Origin: Haplodiscus bocki
Taxonomy: Eukaryota
NCBI GenBank assembly: GCA_965655095.1
Contig: OZ296649.1
Span: forward strand, 15,996,001 to 16,060,000
Length of the DNA: 64,000 bases
Reading direction: 5' to 3'
Part shown: one piece after another, positions 24,283 through 35,545 of the stretch
Position numbering within the stretch: position 1 is the first letter of the stretch
Layout of the letters: each line of letters begins with the position of its first letter
Notes under the pieces: generated by a model
What the model was told of the DNA's origin: nothing
The model's database searches: none
What the model saw: the letters and a program-made list of their open reading frames with translations, nothing else
Made by a program: the position numbers and the translations under genes

Positions 24283-27200
24283 TCAACGGCTTGGTAAATG
24301 GTTAAGTTGATAGTTGTTGACTGAAGATAAGTTTTGGGTAATATAGAGAAGCGAAATTATCGGGATTATCAGGTAAAAACGGCGAAAATAATTAAATTGA
24401 ACCATAAGGAAAATCACTGCTGGCGGGGCTGACAGGTTTCTGTGTAGTAACTGTCGGAGCCATAGCAAGTGGGCCAGCCAGGAAAGCAATGTAGTCACCG
24501 TTGATTGGTTCCCTAGAGCTGTTAATCTTTCCAATGCGTTGTTCTGAAAACTTTTCAAAAAAATTGTCATGTCTTTGGTCCCTTGGCACCTACTCATCGA
24601 TCAACGCAGTTAAAGAATCTTCTTTTGTATAATACTCAACCAAGTGATTGCGATGTACTGTTTGCAAAACGGATGGGACTTTATCGTCTTAGATTTGATA
24701 AGTATGGCTAGTTATCCACTTGCTAACCGCGAATGAGCCCAATCGGCGTTGCTGGAGTTTTTGCATTTTAGAAGAGTCTTGTCTTTGAGCTTCGTAAAAT
24801 AGTTTCTGACCTACTTCCAAGTGATGTCCCACTTGAAGCTTCTTTCTGCAAGCGTAGGCACGGGTTGTTTGTTCAGGCCATAGTTCAGGAAGTGAAGAAC
24901 AGTTGCGTCTGAAATCAAGTTCTTCATCAAGAAGAGCTTGAGACAGCTGGGGTCGGAGGAAGTTGTTAAGCAGTTCAAACTTTATAGATGTGAGTAGTTT
25001 TAATGAAGAGGTAAGCGTGTACTGTTTTCGAAACAGCACGTTTTCGTTTCTAGAAAAGGCTTCTTTAACAGGCATTGGTGTTTATGGTTCGCTTCCAGAA
25101 ACAATCTCTTTGGGTGTTTCGCTCCTAATGTAATTAACACTAGTACTGAGGGCGAAATCAAGTTTGGGCGCAAGAAGAGCTCAGTTGGTAACAGCGTCGT
25201 TCGAGAAAGTTCTCCATTAACGAACAATATGCTGGTTTTTTGTTTCCACTTTGCCATTCGTTCAAGACGAGTGTACAGATCATGAGCGGGCAGTTTTGCC
25301 CATTTTTTTCAGCCAGTAATTGAAGTCAGTGTTGAAAGGTACGGTTCTTTTGTTGTGTATAATAGACTGGAGAGTTTTGAAAAGAGGAATCCATTTTGCA
25401 ACCGCAGCATTAGTAGCTTGCGCACCAGTGTTAGTAACAAGGTAAACCATCAGAAACCGACAGAAAGGGAAATATTAGGAAAGATTGTGTATTTCGAAAA
25501 ATAGGTGGGTGGAGGTATTCTGTATGGTCAATTTGTATCGTACAAACCGAGGTGGCGTTCCCCTGTCGTTCTTCCAGAAGTACCTGGCGTAGGTGTTTCG
25601 GTTCTGGTTGTTTGGTTTGAAAACCAGGGTAGTCGGTGGTCACAGCGGAGATCTAGTCGAACATGCTTGGCCAGTATTAGAATGGTTTAGCGTTAGCATA
25701 GGTTATAGAGGCTCCGATGTATCCACTCATCTCCGTGTGATGTCCCAATCAGAAAGAGGAAAAAACGTGAGATAAAGGCTCACTGATTCCCACATTGCCT
25801 TTGTGTAGATTACCAAAAAGCTCGTTATTACAAAAGAGTTGTCTTGGTTGTTCGATGACTGAACTGTTGACAATTTTGTGGTAACCTCTAGGTTGTCGAT
25901 TTTCCGCTGTTTTTGGGTCAGCGGATTTACCTTCTTGAATCCGGGAGCCTGCATATATGAGCACTGGGTCCGTGAGTTGCTCTTGTGAAATGGACGAAAT
26001 ATCAGAGGCTATGACTCTTGCAACTTCAACTAACTTGATGATCAAACCCTGAGTTCCAGATGAGGGGCATCGCTAGCTGACAGTTATTTTTTGTCTAAAG
26101 AGGCGTCAGGTGTGCCTTATACCGAGACATGAGCAGTTCAGGCTTTGTATAGTCAGTAATGAGAATTGGCTTTGTTTATGCAAATATAGCCTACCTCGTG
26201 CCTGTTTCTATCTTCATCTTTTTTCAAAAACTCCTCATCGTGTGAAGGAAGAACAGTTTCTTCAGCCTTTGTTGTACCAGATAAACTACTGGAAGTGTAG
26301 GTTCCCTAAGGGTTTTCAGATGGTGGTGAAGAGACAAGCGACTGAGATCTTCAAAACCGACGAAACTGGTTTATGGACTAATCCATTCGGATACAGTCTG
26401 CGGTTGACTGAACTTAGAGCGTTAGAAAATCGGTGTTGACCCTTTTAAGAGAAACGTGCTGTTCATCGTTGTGCATGCGAAGTTTCGTTTAGTCCTTGCT
26501 TTGATGGCTATGAATTGAGTAAATGTCGTTACCGGAGTCGGTTGAGTTATACTCGTGTTTCATCTTTTACGTGACAGGTTGGCCAAGTTGATCAAAAACT
26601 GGATCTTTCCCCAAACTTCTTTGCTTTCGTTGGCGATGCGGGTTTTTGTCACTTGTTACCTTTTGACTGAGTTTATCTGGAAAAACAATGTTAGATCTGG
26701 GGTCCGTATAGTTTTCGAAATTTGGAATTTCGGTATTATAACTTGTCTTTCGACAAAATGGTAAGGCATCTTTCTTCTCGTCCCCGTAGGTGGAAGATGG
26801 GTTTATGATTGTGATACGAAAAAAACTGGGAAAAGGGAATGAAATATGTAGTGCTAGTAAGTTTGTAAAGCTGAGACAGTTTCGCGCAGCTCACCGTGGA
26901 ATGTTCACACATTCTGTTCATCTTTTTCGAATTTTGAGAAGTGAAAGTTATTCTCCATTTCCTGTCTGGAAACTGATACTTAGGCAACATCCGGTTCCAA
27001 CGTTGGAGAAGTCCACATGAATTTGGACATGATACTCAGTAGACGGAATTGCGAGAACAGTGTCTTCGCGAAATATAACTTTAATCAATTGGAATCTTCC
27101 TTCGTGTTCGCTTGTCCAGCAAAACAAAGCCGAATCTCCAATGAGTTTGTGGAAAATCTCGCTTTCTACATCAAAATGGTGTCACAACTGTAAAATCCAA

Positions 27201-28300
27201 GGAATCCCAACACCTTCATAACATCGCGTTTCGACTCAGGTGATTTGATTTTTTCTGGATCCTTGACCTGCGTAGCGACTACTTGTTGCCCATCGGAGGA
27301 AAAATTATTTCAAATAAATTTTTACTTTTTTGAAAAAAGAAAATGGTTTCTAGAACGCAATTCTCAGGTTGTTTTTCAGAAGCAACTTTTGATACTCTTG
27401 AATGATCGAAAAAAAGTTGCCTTTAACCTGACAATTAGCTCGTTTGCTTTCCTGATTCAAAATTTAAATCTTTCTTTGTTGGTTACGTCCAAAGAAAAGA
27501 ATTTCATCTGTCGTTGAGGCAGCTCTTTTTTGATGATTTCTCCTATTCACGATCAAAATCGGAATATCGCCCGAGTCAGTTTGAATTGAATAAACAGAAG
27601 GTTCACGAAAGTGAGACCGGTTGATACCGCTTCTCCTTCGTGTTGGAAAGTGGATCCAGAAAGAAAGTGAGATATCGGATTTTCAAGAGAGTATTTCCAG
27701 CATGTGGCCGTTTCCGCCTCAACGTGACTTTTGGAGAGTAATCGTACATTTAAAGTCCGAGAGACGTAAGGAAATGTTCTTGTTTCGAAGAAGGTTACCA
27801 TAACAGACAGTTTTAGGGAAATGACGCTTTTGGATTACTTGGTCAGTCAAAAATTAAGGGCGAAACTTGGCCTTGACACAAGTCCATCCCATTGTAGTTT
27901 TGCACTTTCATTTCGATGATCCAGGCAGGTAACGGAAGGGAACCTTCTCCGTTAGGATCATGGCTGAAATTTTTACCAGCATAATCAATCATGGGCAATT
28001 TTTGTCCCAAATATATTTTGGTGGGTTAGTTTGCTACTTTTATGCAACATTCTAGGATGTTGAATTTGAGAGATCTCTCTAAAAATGCGGCAGTTAATAA
28101 ATCAGCAGAAGTCTTCAGTGTCTTGCAAAAATTCAATTTTATCTCCACTATCTTTCTTGGCGTCGCTGGTGGCAAAACAGAAATTATTGAAGCTAACTTT
28201 TGAATTGATAGATGGTCCGAGCTGCATTTTGGAGACCTCAGTAGTTTAATGGACGGAAATCCGGCAATTACTTGGTAGAATGTTCTCAAGAAAAGAGGAT
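24283..28300 (-). pseudogene. pol: pol remnant of element C
   Basis: RNase H and integrase/GPF-like motifs as above, with many stops and frameshifts. The RT core is not clearly recognisable. Confidence 0.75.
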
Positions 28301-29166
28301 GAAAGCATTAGAGTTGGGTTGGTTGTTAGTTTGCGGAAATCTTTGCTCATAAAACACAAAATTGTTAGATTTTTGACCATTAGGTCTCCGGAAAACTTAA
28401 AAATCAGGCGTGTTTGATTGTGATGACTGATGTGGCTGATTTTGTGATGGGTTTTGTCTTATAAAATTGTCTGTGAATGTGATGCGTGTTCATTCATTGT
28501 TCATTTTCGTACCCGTTTTTTCCCCTGGAAATTTGTTGTGTACATTGTGGCCAGAGTGATTGTTTTACGTAGTGCGGTTTTGTCGTTTTGTTATGGTTGG
28601 GGTCGGTTCATCGTAAGTCTTCTAGTTCGCTTACTCTGTGTTCCTGTGGCTCTGAACGAAGATCTTCCATTTTTTGTCCCAAAGATTTCAATTCCGTGGG
28701 AACCGTTTGCCCCATCAGCAGTTAAAATTTCATAAAAAGTGAAAATAATTTTGCCAATTTGATAAGCAGCGCGTCTGGGTTAGCACTCATCAATCGTTAG
28801 GAATCACAATCTCGGTTTTAGAAATTCGAATGAGACTTGGGAGGGTTAGAGGTTAAGGTGGAGTCAGTAGAAAAGCCACAACAGTAGCAAAAGAAAGCTA
28901 TGCTTAAATCACGCTTCATCCAAAATTGGTCAAGATAGATTTGCACTGAGTCACTTGAAGAGACTTTGTCTTGATTTTCGAAATTCAGCTCCAGAAACTC
29001 CAAGTATGAAGATCTAATTGTTTTTTATTACCTAAAAATTAGGAAAACGACCAAAACTGATATCAACGAGCCTGAAGAAATAAGCACATTGGAATCCAGT
29101 GTTCTGTAGCTTTCGCTCATACTTTAACATCATCATATAATTTCAGCGTCACTGGTCGGACCACTT

Positions 29167-29459
29167 TGTGGCACGGAATATGAGGATGGAACTTATTCAG
29201 TTCATTTCGACTTTCTATTCAAATTTTTCTTTACGGTCTCAATGGCGCAACTCGTCAATCAGAGAGGTGCAACCGCTGTTGCTAAGTGGAGAAGTTTAAG
29301 TCTTAAAGTTGCCTTGCCGGCCCGCGTGAACAAAGTAATGCGTGAATTCACAAGCTAGGACTTGGATGATTGTTAGGTAGCGGTGAGTGTTTGAGCAAGA
29401 ATAAATTTGAATGAATGGTAGCTAGTTCAATTTTCAATGCACTAAGTTCTACGTTCACA
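29167..29459 (-). repeat. Putative 5' LTR of element C
   Basis: Bounded by inverted TGTG...CACA ends. On the minus strand it is followed 3 nt later by TGGTCCGACCAGTG (PBS-like), upstream of the gag/pol remnants. No partner LTR was seen. Confidence 0.5.
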
Positions 29460-30277
29460 AAACTCCAAGACAACGATTTCAAACATGAAGCTAACATTGC
29501 TCGATTAGACGGGGAATTCACTTTTTTACTGTCTAAGTAGAAGTAAGCAACCTTAACATTTATCAGGTCAAAAAATCCAAAGTGAGTTTCATTAGCAACC
29601 TCAAACTTTGCTTTTTAGGATAAAATACAGTAGCACATTTTTCTATCACTAGGAAAACATTTTTCGCAGATGAATGTAGCTCCAGAGTTTTTAGTCTTCT
29701 TGAACCTCACAAACAACAATAGAAAGTTTTTCGGCATCAATTAGTTGCGGTCTTTTTATTTCCTTTTAGTTAGGGCGAACAGTATAATCATCCATTTTGT
29801 AGCTTTTTTGTTGTATAAGTAGTTATTTACTTTGTTTTTTTAGTCCTAAGACCAGGTAGTCCGAATGACGAATCAACCTAACGAAGTTTTTCATGTCCCG
29901 GTTTTAACTTGTCAACCCAGAAGAAAATCTAGGATTCTTTTTCTACTTGGTTCTGTTCACGATCAGAAGATGGGTTAGCAACCAAGACGGGATAACTCGC
30001 GTTATGGCGTAGCAACCGAGCGATGTCTCTCAAAATTCAGGAAGTTTCCATCGGTTCACCCTCGGACCTCATTCTGATCAGGAGTTGGGTTAGGAGGTTT
30101 TTTTGGAATACTCAACATCATTGCACTCGAAAGCAGGGCCACTGATTGACTGCTCTTAGGCTTCAGGTGATTACCGTTACGTTCTTATTCAGAGACAAAT
30201 TACCAACGGGAGTGATCCAAAATATTCCAAGTTTCGGCTAGAGTGTGGTACTCTTCTAGGCCTAATCATCTAAATAT

Positions 30278-30960
30278 TTACTTTTCGCTGTTTTAATAGC
30301 TGATGCTAGATTTTGTTCAACTCTCTATGTTTGTTTTTTTTTGTTGTAAGCAAAACGATTGAGACGTTTTAGAGCACCCATTTAGTGTTTGGATTTTTCC
30401 GCCAGTTAGGTTGAAGTCTTTTGCAGTTGTACAATTTGTCTCCTCAAAATCTTTAGAAATGGTTGCAGATTAAAGTTTCAATATAAAAGAAGAGGATTTG
30501 CAGAAATTTAAAAACGATTCCCGTTGGTGGTTAACAGTGAAGGAACGTTTTCAGATTCACAATTTTCGTCCGGCCACTCAACTTTTCAAAGTTCAAGATT
30601 TCTCGAAAGTTGTTGCCAAATATGGTAAGCATGGGTGCAAGACGTACTAAAGATGGTGGTCACAGACTGAAGGAGCCCAAAAAACGGTACTCGCATGACA
30701 AGTGCAGAAAATAGGAGAGTTTGACGGAGTTCCGTTCGTTAAGAAATCATGTCTAACGCCGAAGGTATGGTGGTAGCAAATAGAAGAGCTTCGTATACCT
30801 TTCCTTCTAAGCATGTCAACGAATTTTCGATGTTTTCAATTGTGCACTTCCAATTTTCTTATCACTCTCACACTTCAATTCCTTCAATATGTTAGTTACT
30901 CTTTATAATTTAATTACGTCATTGTTTAAATTTAGCACGGTTTAAAATTGGTTATCGTCA
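30278..30960 (-). repeat. Copy 2 of the duplicated spliced coding segment (see 17003-17690)
   Basis: Collinear similarity with 17003-17690. Confidence 0.8.
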
Positions 30961-31867
30961 TTCCTAACTCGACACGAGAATGCAACAAATTGATTATTTG
31001 AAAAAAAAAACAGATGTAGTATAAGCTCTTTCAGGAACACTCCATTCTCTATGGAGGTAATTTCAGTACTATGGGTTAGGTTCTGTCGGATCTGAATAGG
31101 TTTGTCTTTTGAAAGAGTGCCAATTGAGCCTATGGTATGCAATTTCTCAACTGGTTAAAGTTTCGAGATTTGTGATGAACATGCTTGTAGATTCAAACTT
31201 TTTTAGACGAACCCTTTTCTTGCAACTGTATTTTTCTGGCAGATTGTTAAAAAACGGGTGGCTTAATTAACGAAGGGCTACTTTATTGCGTCTGTTTCAA
31301 AAGTTGTAATGGGTTAATGTTTGCAGTTTGTTCGTACTTCTGAAGCTGTCGGGTCATTGATCACCTAATACAAAATCCTTGAGCTTCAATTTTTCATTCA
31401 GTCTTTCGAACTGTTAACTGGATCGGACTGAATCCTGAAAATTTGGAAAATTTTCGAAAAAAGCCCAGAACTAGAAAAAACTAAGAGCTAAAAATGAGCT
31501 GAAATAATTCTTGATACGTAAATTTACTATATTCACGTATTTTCAGTGCCGCGTATCTTTTATCACATAGTGGCATGTTTAACGCCATCGACCCTTTACA
31601 GGGTATTTGACTGAATTATTTATCCACGATATGGCTATAGTTTATAAGCTATATCAATGTATTGAATATACACTCGGCTTTTCTGTTAACTCTAACCCCC
31701 ACACCATAGAAGATATGCGAAATACTAAGCGGCGCAGTGCTTTAACTCACGCGCGAGCGTACTTTAGCCAATCACAGACGAGTTTTCTTCTCAAGGGGGG
31801 GCACCAAAAATCTTGTTACTACTAGTGTGCGTGTAGAGGGGGTGGGAGTTTGTAGAAAGGATTCACA

Positions 31868-34445
31868 TACCGTAATTTATGGCGTAAAAGACCCCTTTTC
31901 ATAATGTCGCATTACCGGTAACGCTAAACATTAAATTAGTAACTAACCTTTTAGGTGGGGACGGGCACAGCACAAAGGGCACAAAGGATATAGAAACAGC
32001 TGGTGATGGAATTTGATAATTGGGATTACACAATTCCAATTCTATGAAAAAATCTAATTTTTCCACGACTCGCCATTTCTCTACCTGCTCCAGCTGTTAC
32101 CAACATGCTTGGTGGGTATCGTTCACTCATTAGTACCATGAATGGCAGCATGGTGTTTTTGTTGAAAATCATTTACGCCACGACAACAACACAACTTGTT
32201 TTTTCCCGCCTAATGGACGGGAGCCTCTCTTCATTTTGAATTCATCAACTTTCGCTACCACCATCTCTTTTCTGTTCTTCAAAATTATTCTTGAACAAGA
32301 ATCTCATCTCAACCTCGCAAAAAAAAATCTAAGACAAGTTCGAAAACTGTCTTAGCAAAATTTTTCTCGATTCCTACAAAAAATTCCAAGTCAAGTTCAA
32401 AAGTTGTCTTGGCGATAAACCAATCTGGATTCATTCGAGTTCCTCCTTAGACAAGTCTCACTGGAAAACCTTTTTGGAGCCAATTTCAAAAACTGGAACA
32501 GGTAGAAGAGCATCCAACTTCCCGGCATGACGATTGAGCAATGGCATACGTTAGTAACGAGTTCAGTTAACCAATTAATCAGACCGAGCTATCTCTCTGG
32601 TTATTTTATTTCATCCCTTTCCAACTGAAACACTAATCCAGAATTCCAATAGACTTTTGTCTCGGTTGAAGAAAAGAAAAAAAAGGACTTCACCTCATTG
32701 GCTGCTTTACCGTGGTACAGGCGTCTTAGCTTTAGCGTGGTACAGGCGCTTTACTTCCGCTTGAAGGCTGAAGATTTGAACAAATGTGTCGGCTCCTTAC
32801 CTTAACCTAACCTTTTAACCTAACCAACTTAAGCCTAAGAACTTTATCTAATTAACTTTAACCTAATTTAATTTCATATAATTGTTTTCCTTAACCTCAT
32901 TTCCTACAAAAATAAAACACATGTAACATCCCTGTTCGCATTGCCCAGCTTGATTGGTGTTCGGACTTCAACCGCTGACGGTTAAGGGGACCATAACAGA
33001 ACTGTCTCGGTTGACTGCGTAATGCATGTTACCGAATTTTATATTAAAAGATAACATTGGATAATGGTGTTGAGTCTAACTTTTGAAACTGTAAAACACA
33101 TGAAGTTTTCCCACTCGCACAGAGGCTTGACCTTGTTATCTTAATCGCCGGTCGAACAAAAGGGAACCTAAGAACTTTTTCGGTGTCTGACCATAATGCT
33201 AGCTACTGAGTGTAGAAAAAACGATTATAGTATTATATAGTACAGAGTAATTACGGTAAAAGCTGAATTTAACACAATCGAAATTAAGAGAATAAAAGCG
33301 CCAGAAAAAGTGAACATTAAACGGTTCTCCCTGGCCCAAACCACTGAAATTAGCTTCCCTGACCAATTTGTTTTGAACCCATTTTTTAAAAAAATGGATT
33401 AGAAAGGACACATTTGGTGTCCTTGAATTATTTCCTGAAGGATATCTTTTAAAAGTTTGATTTTAGTTCGCGGATTGTTTTACCAAGATCCGGTATTTAA
33501 TTTTCCTTTCAATTTAAATGAGAATCGAATCACACGACGAGCTGAATGATCTTAATTCACTGCCCAAGAATTAATAGCTGAATTTTTAATTCCTATTGTT
33601 TTTCAGAATTTTCAAAATTGGTTTAGGGTTGAAGCGGAAATTTTTTCTTCGACTAAAATCAAAATCATAAAAGACTCCAAATATTTCGTTCCAAAATGGA
33701 TTCAATCTACCATTCAAGCCCCTCATCTTGCGCAGTTGTTGTTTTTTCGAGTCGTTCAGCTGCTACCATTTTTTCCATAAACTGTGATTTCAACCATTGA
33801 TTTTGTACCTACCATTAATCGCTCACAAGTACTTGCCATACGAATTTACGCACTTTTGTTCGCAGGGTCGGTAGGAAACATGAGTTAGAAATACACAAGA
33901 GTATGCTCATTGAGACTTTTTCGCTTTTGTTTAAAACCAACTGTTACAACCAGCGCTATTGTGACTAAACTAACAAAAAGGAAATTTGGTAAATTACCAG
34001 CTCGGATGAAATAAAGATAATTTTTTTCGTTTTTTTCCCCATATTCAACCCGCGAAACTGACCAAAATGTAGCCCCCATCTTGAGGGAGTCTTATATGCC
34101 GAGGAAACCAATCATAACTCAAACAAATGATCTAAATTGTACAAAAATGTGACATACAGACAAACGAACACGATTTTGCTGGGTTTGATGGACAAGATTT
34201 TTCAATTTTAATTTTTTGTTGTTTCGATGAAAACATTTTATTACCTAGATAGTCTTTTATAACCTTGTGATGTTTTTATGATACTTTTACACAAGCATTT
34301 TGTTTTCGAATAATCAACCCTCAATCTTTTTTTTCGTTTTCAAGTACGAATACCGACATTTTTAATAAGGGGTTTTATACTAAATCCTATTTTTTTTGCT
34401 TTATGATTTGAAGAGGGTCTTATACGTTGAGGGGTCTTTCACGCC
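31868..34445. mobile_element. Possible Tc1/pogo-type non-autonomous element remnant
   Basis: Left end TACCGTAATTTATGGCGTAAAAGACCCC; partial inverted match GGGGTCTTTCACGCC at 34431-34445. The outer part of the right TIR is missing. Confidence 0.3.
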
Positions 34446-34464
34446 TGACTTTATCAAATACCCC

Positions 34465-35545
34465 CCGGGTCGAACTATTTTGGGAAAACGCCGCTTTTTT
34501 CCGGTATGGTGGCGTAAACACCGCTGACGCCGTTAACTTACAAACAAAAGGCCGTTAACGCCTTCATACCGACAAAAAAACGCTGTTAACGCCGTTAGCG
34601 TTCCGGTTGTGCGCCGTTAACGCTGTTTCACCAGAAAAAACTTGTGTCTCCAAAAAGCTGATTTTCTCAGTCCATGAAGATTGAGAAACTCATGGTCAAT
34701 CATTTATTTGACAAAGGATTACGAAGCTTTTAGAGAATATTTCCACGAAAGTGTGGGAGAACTGCAGGGGACTGGAGTCTGGGCCTGAACGTGGCGGCGT
34801 TGGTAGTGTCATTGAACTTGTAATGGCCAAGGAAGTTTACCAAAAAATTGATCATTTTACGACTTGACTATTTGGAGTCTTGCAGAAGTTTTGACAGCTT
34901 TAACCTGGAGACCTCTCTCAAAAAATTTTTAGTTTAGTAGTTCCTGCTTACAAGGTCCATCTTCAGTTGTTGCCTTCGAGGTTTTGTGGTTTGTTTGCTT
35001 TGGTCTCTATTGCCAAACGTGAAAGTTTTGAGTTTTTAGGCTGAAAGAATCAAACGGTTATTAGGTGAAACCAATATTTTCGGAAGGACCTTCAATTTTT
35101 GTATTTTTCTTTGTAATGGTGGAGCGCTGGATCTTCTCCGAAACGTGGTAGACCTGTCAGTGTCATTGACCATGTCACGACCAGCTGAGACTACATAAAA
35201 TTTGAGCATTTCAAGACTTGACTTCTCAATTCTGGTTTTGCAAAGTTCCAACCGTTTTGATCTTATTTCCTTTTTTTTTAAAGTTTTGTTTAGTTTATTT
35301 CTTACTGTTTACAAGGACCATATTCAATTGTTGTATTTAGGGGCCGTGTGTTCCACTGGGTTGTTTGGTCTAGGCTAGAAATATATTACTTTATACCGAC
35401 AAAAAAATGCCGTTAACGCCGCTATTTTTCCGGTTAAACGCCGTTAACGCCGCTCTTTTCCGGTTAATAACGGCTTCTGTGGCTAATTTTGACCGCTGTT
35501 AACGCCCTTATACCGGAAAAATTTCGGCCAATATCTTGACCCCGG
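34465..35545. mobile_element. Non-autonomous DNA transposon (MITE-like) with TIRs and subterminal GCCGTTAAC repeats
   Basis: Ends CCGGGTCGAACTATT ... AATATCTTGACCCCGG form an imperfect inverted pair. Clusters of (C)GCCGTTAAC(GCC) lie at 34490-34625 and 35395-35515. Confidence 0.75.

Larger units (their letters stand above)
17000..29459 (-). mobile_element. Large decayed Ty3/Gypsy element (element C) with env-like and accessory ORFs
   Basis: LTR-like 29167-29459 plus TGG PBS. RNase H remnant HVDFSNVGTGC and HRELCG (~26850-27030). Integrase C-terminus QQRRLGSFAVSK..TYQI and HRNHLVEYY (24630-25075). Co-oriented env-like frames follow downstream. The 3' limit is uncertain. Confidence 0.75.

Noticed and set aside
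17003-30960. The two ~690-bp direct repeats as LTRs of element C
   Set aside because: They are coding-like with splice donors and lack TG...CA ends and PBS/PPT. A better LTR candidate lies at 29167-29459.
34490-35515. GCCGTTAAC repeats as a CRISPR-like array
   Set aside because: The repeats are short, irregularly spaced and confined to the ends of a TIR element in eukaryotic DNA; they are subterminal transposon repeats.
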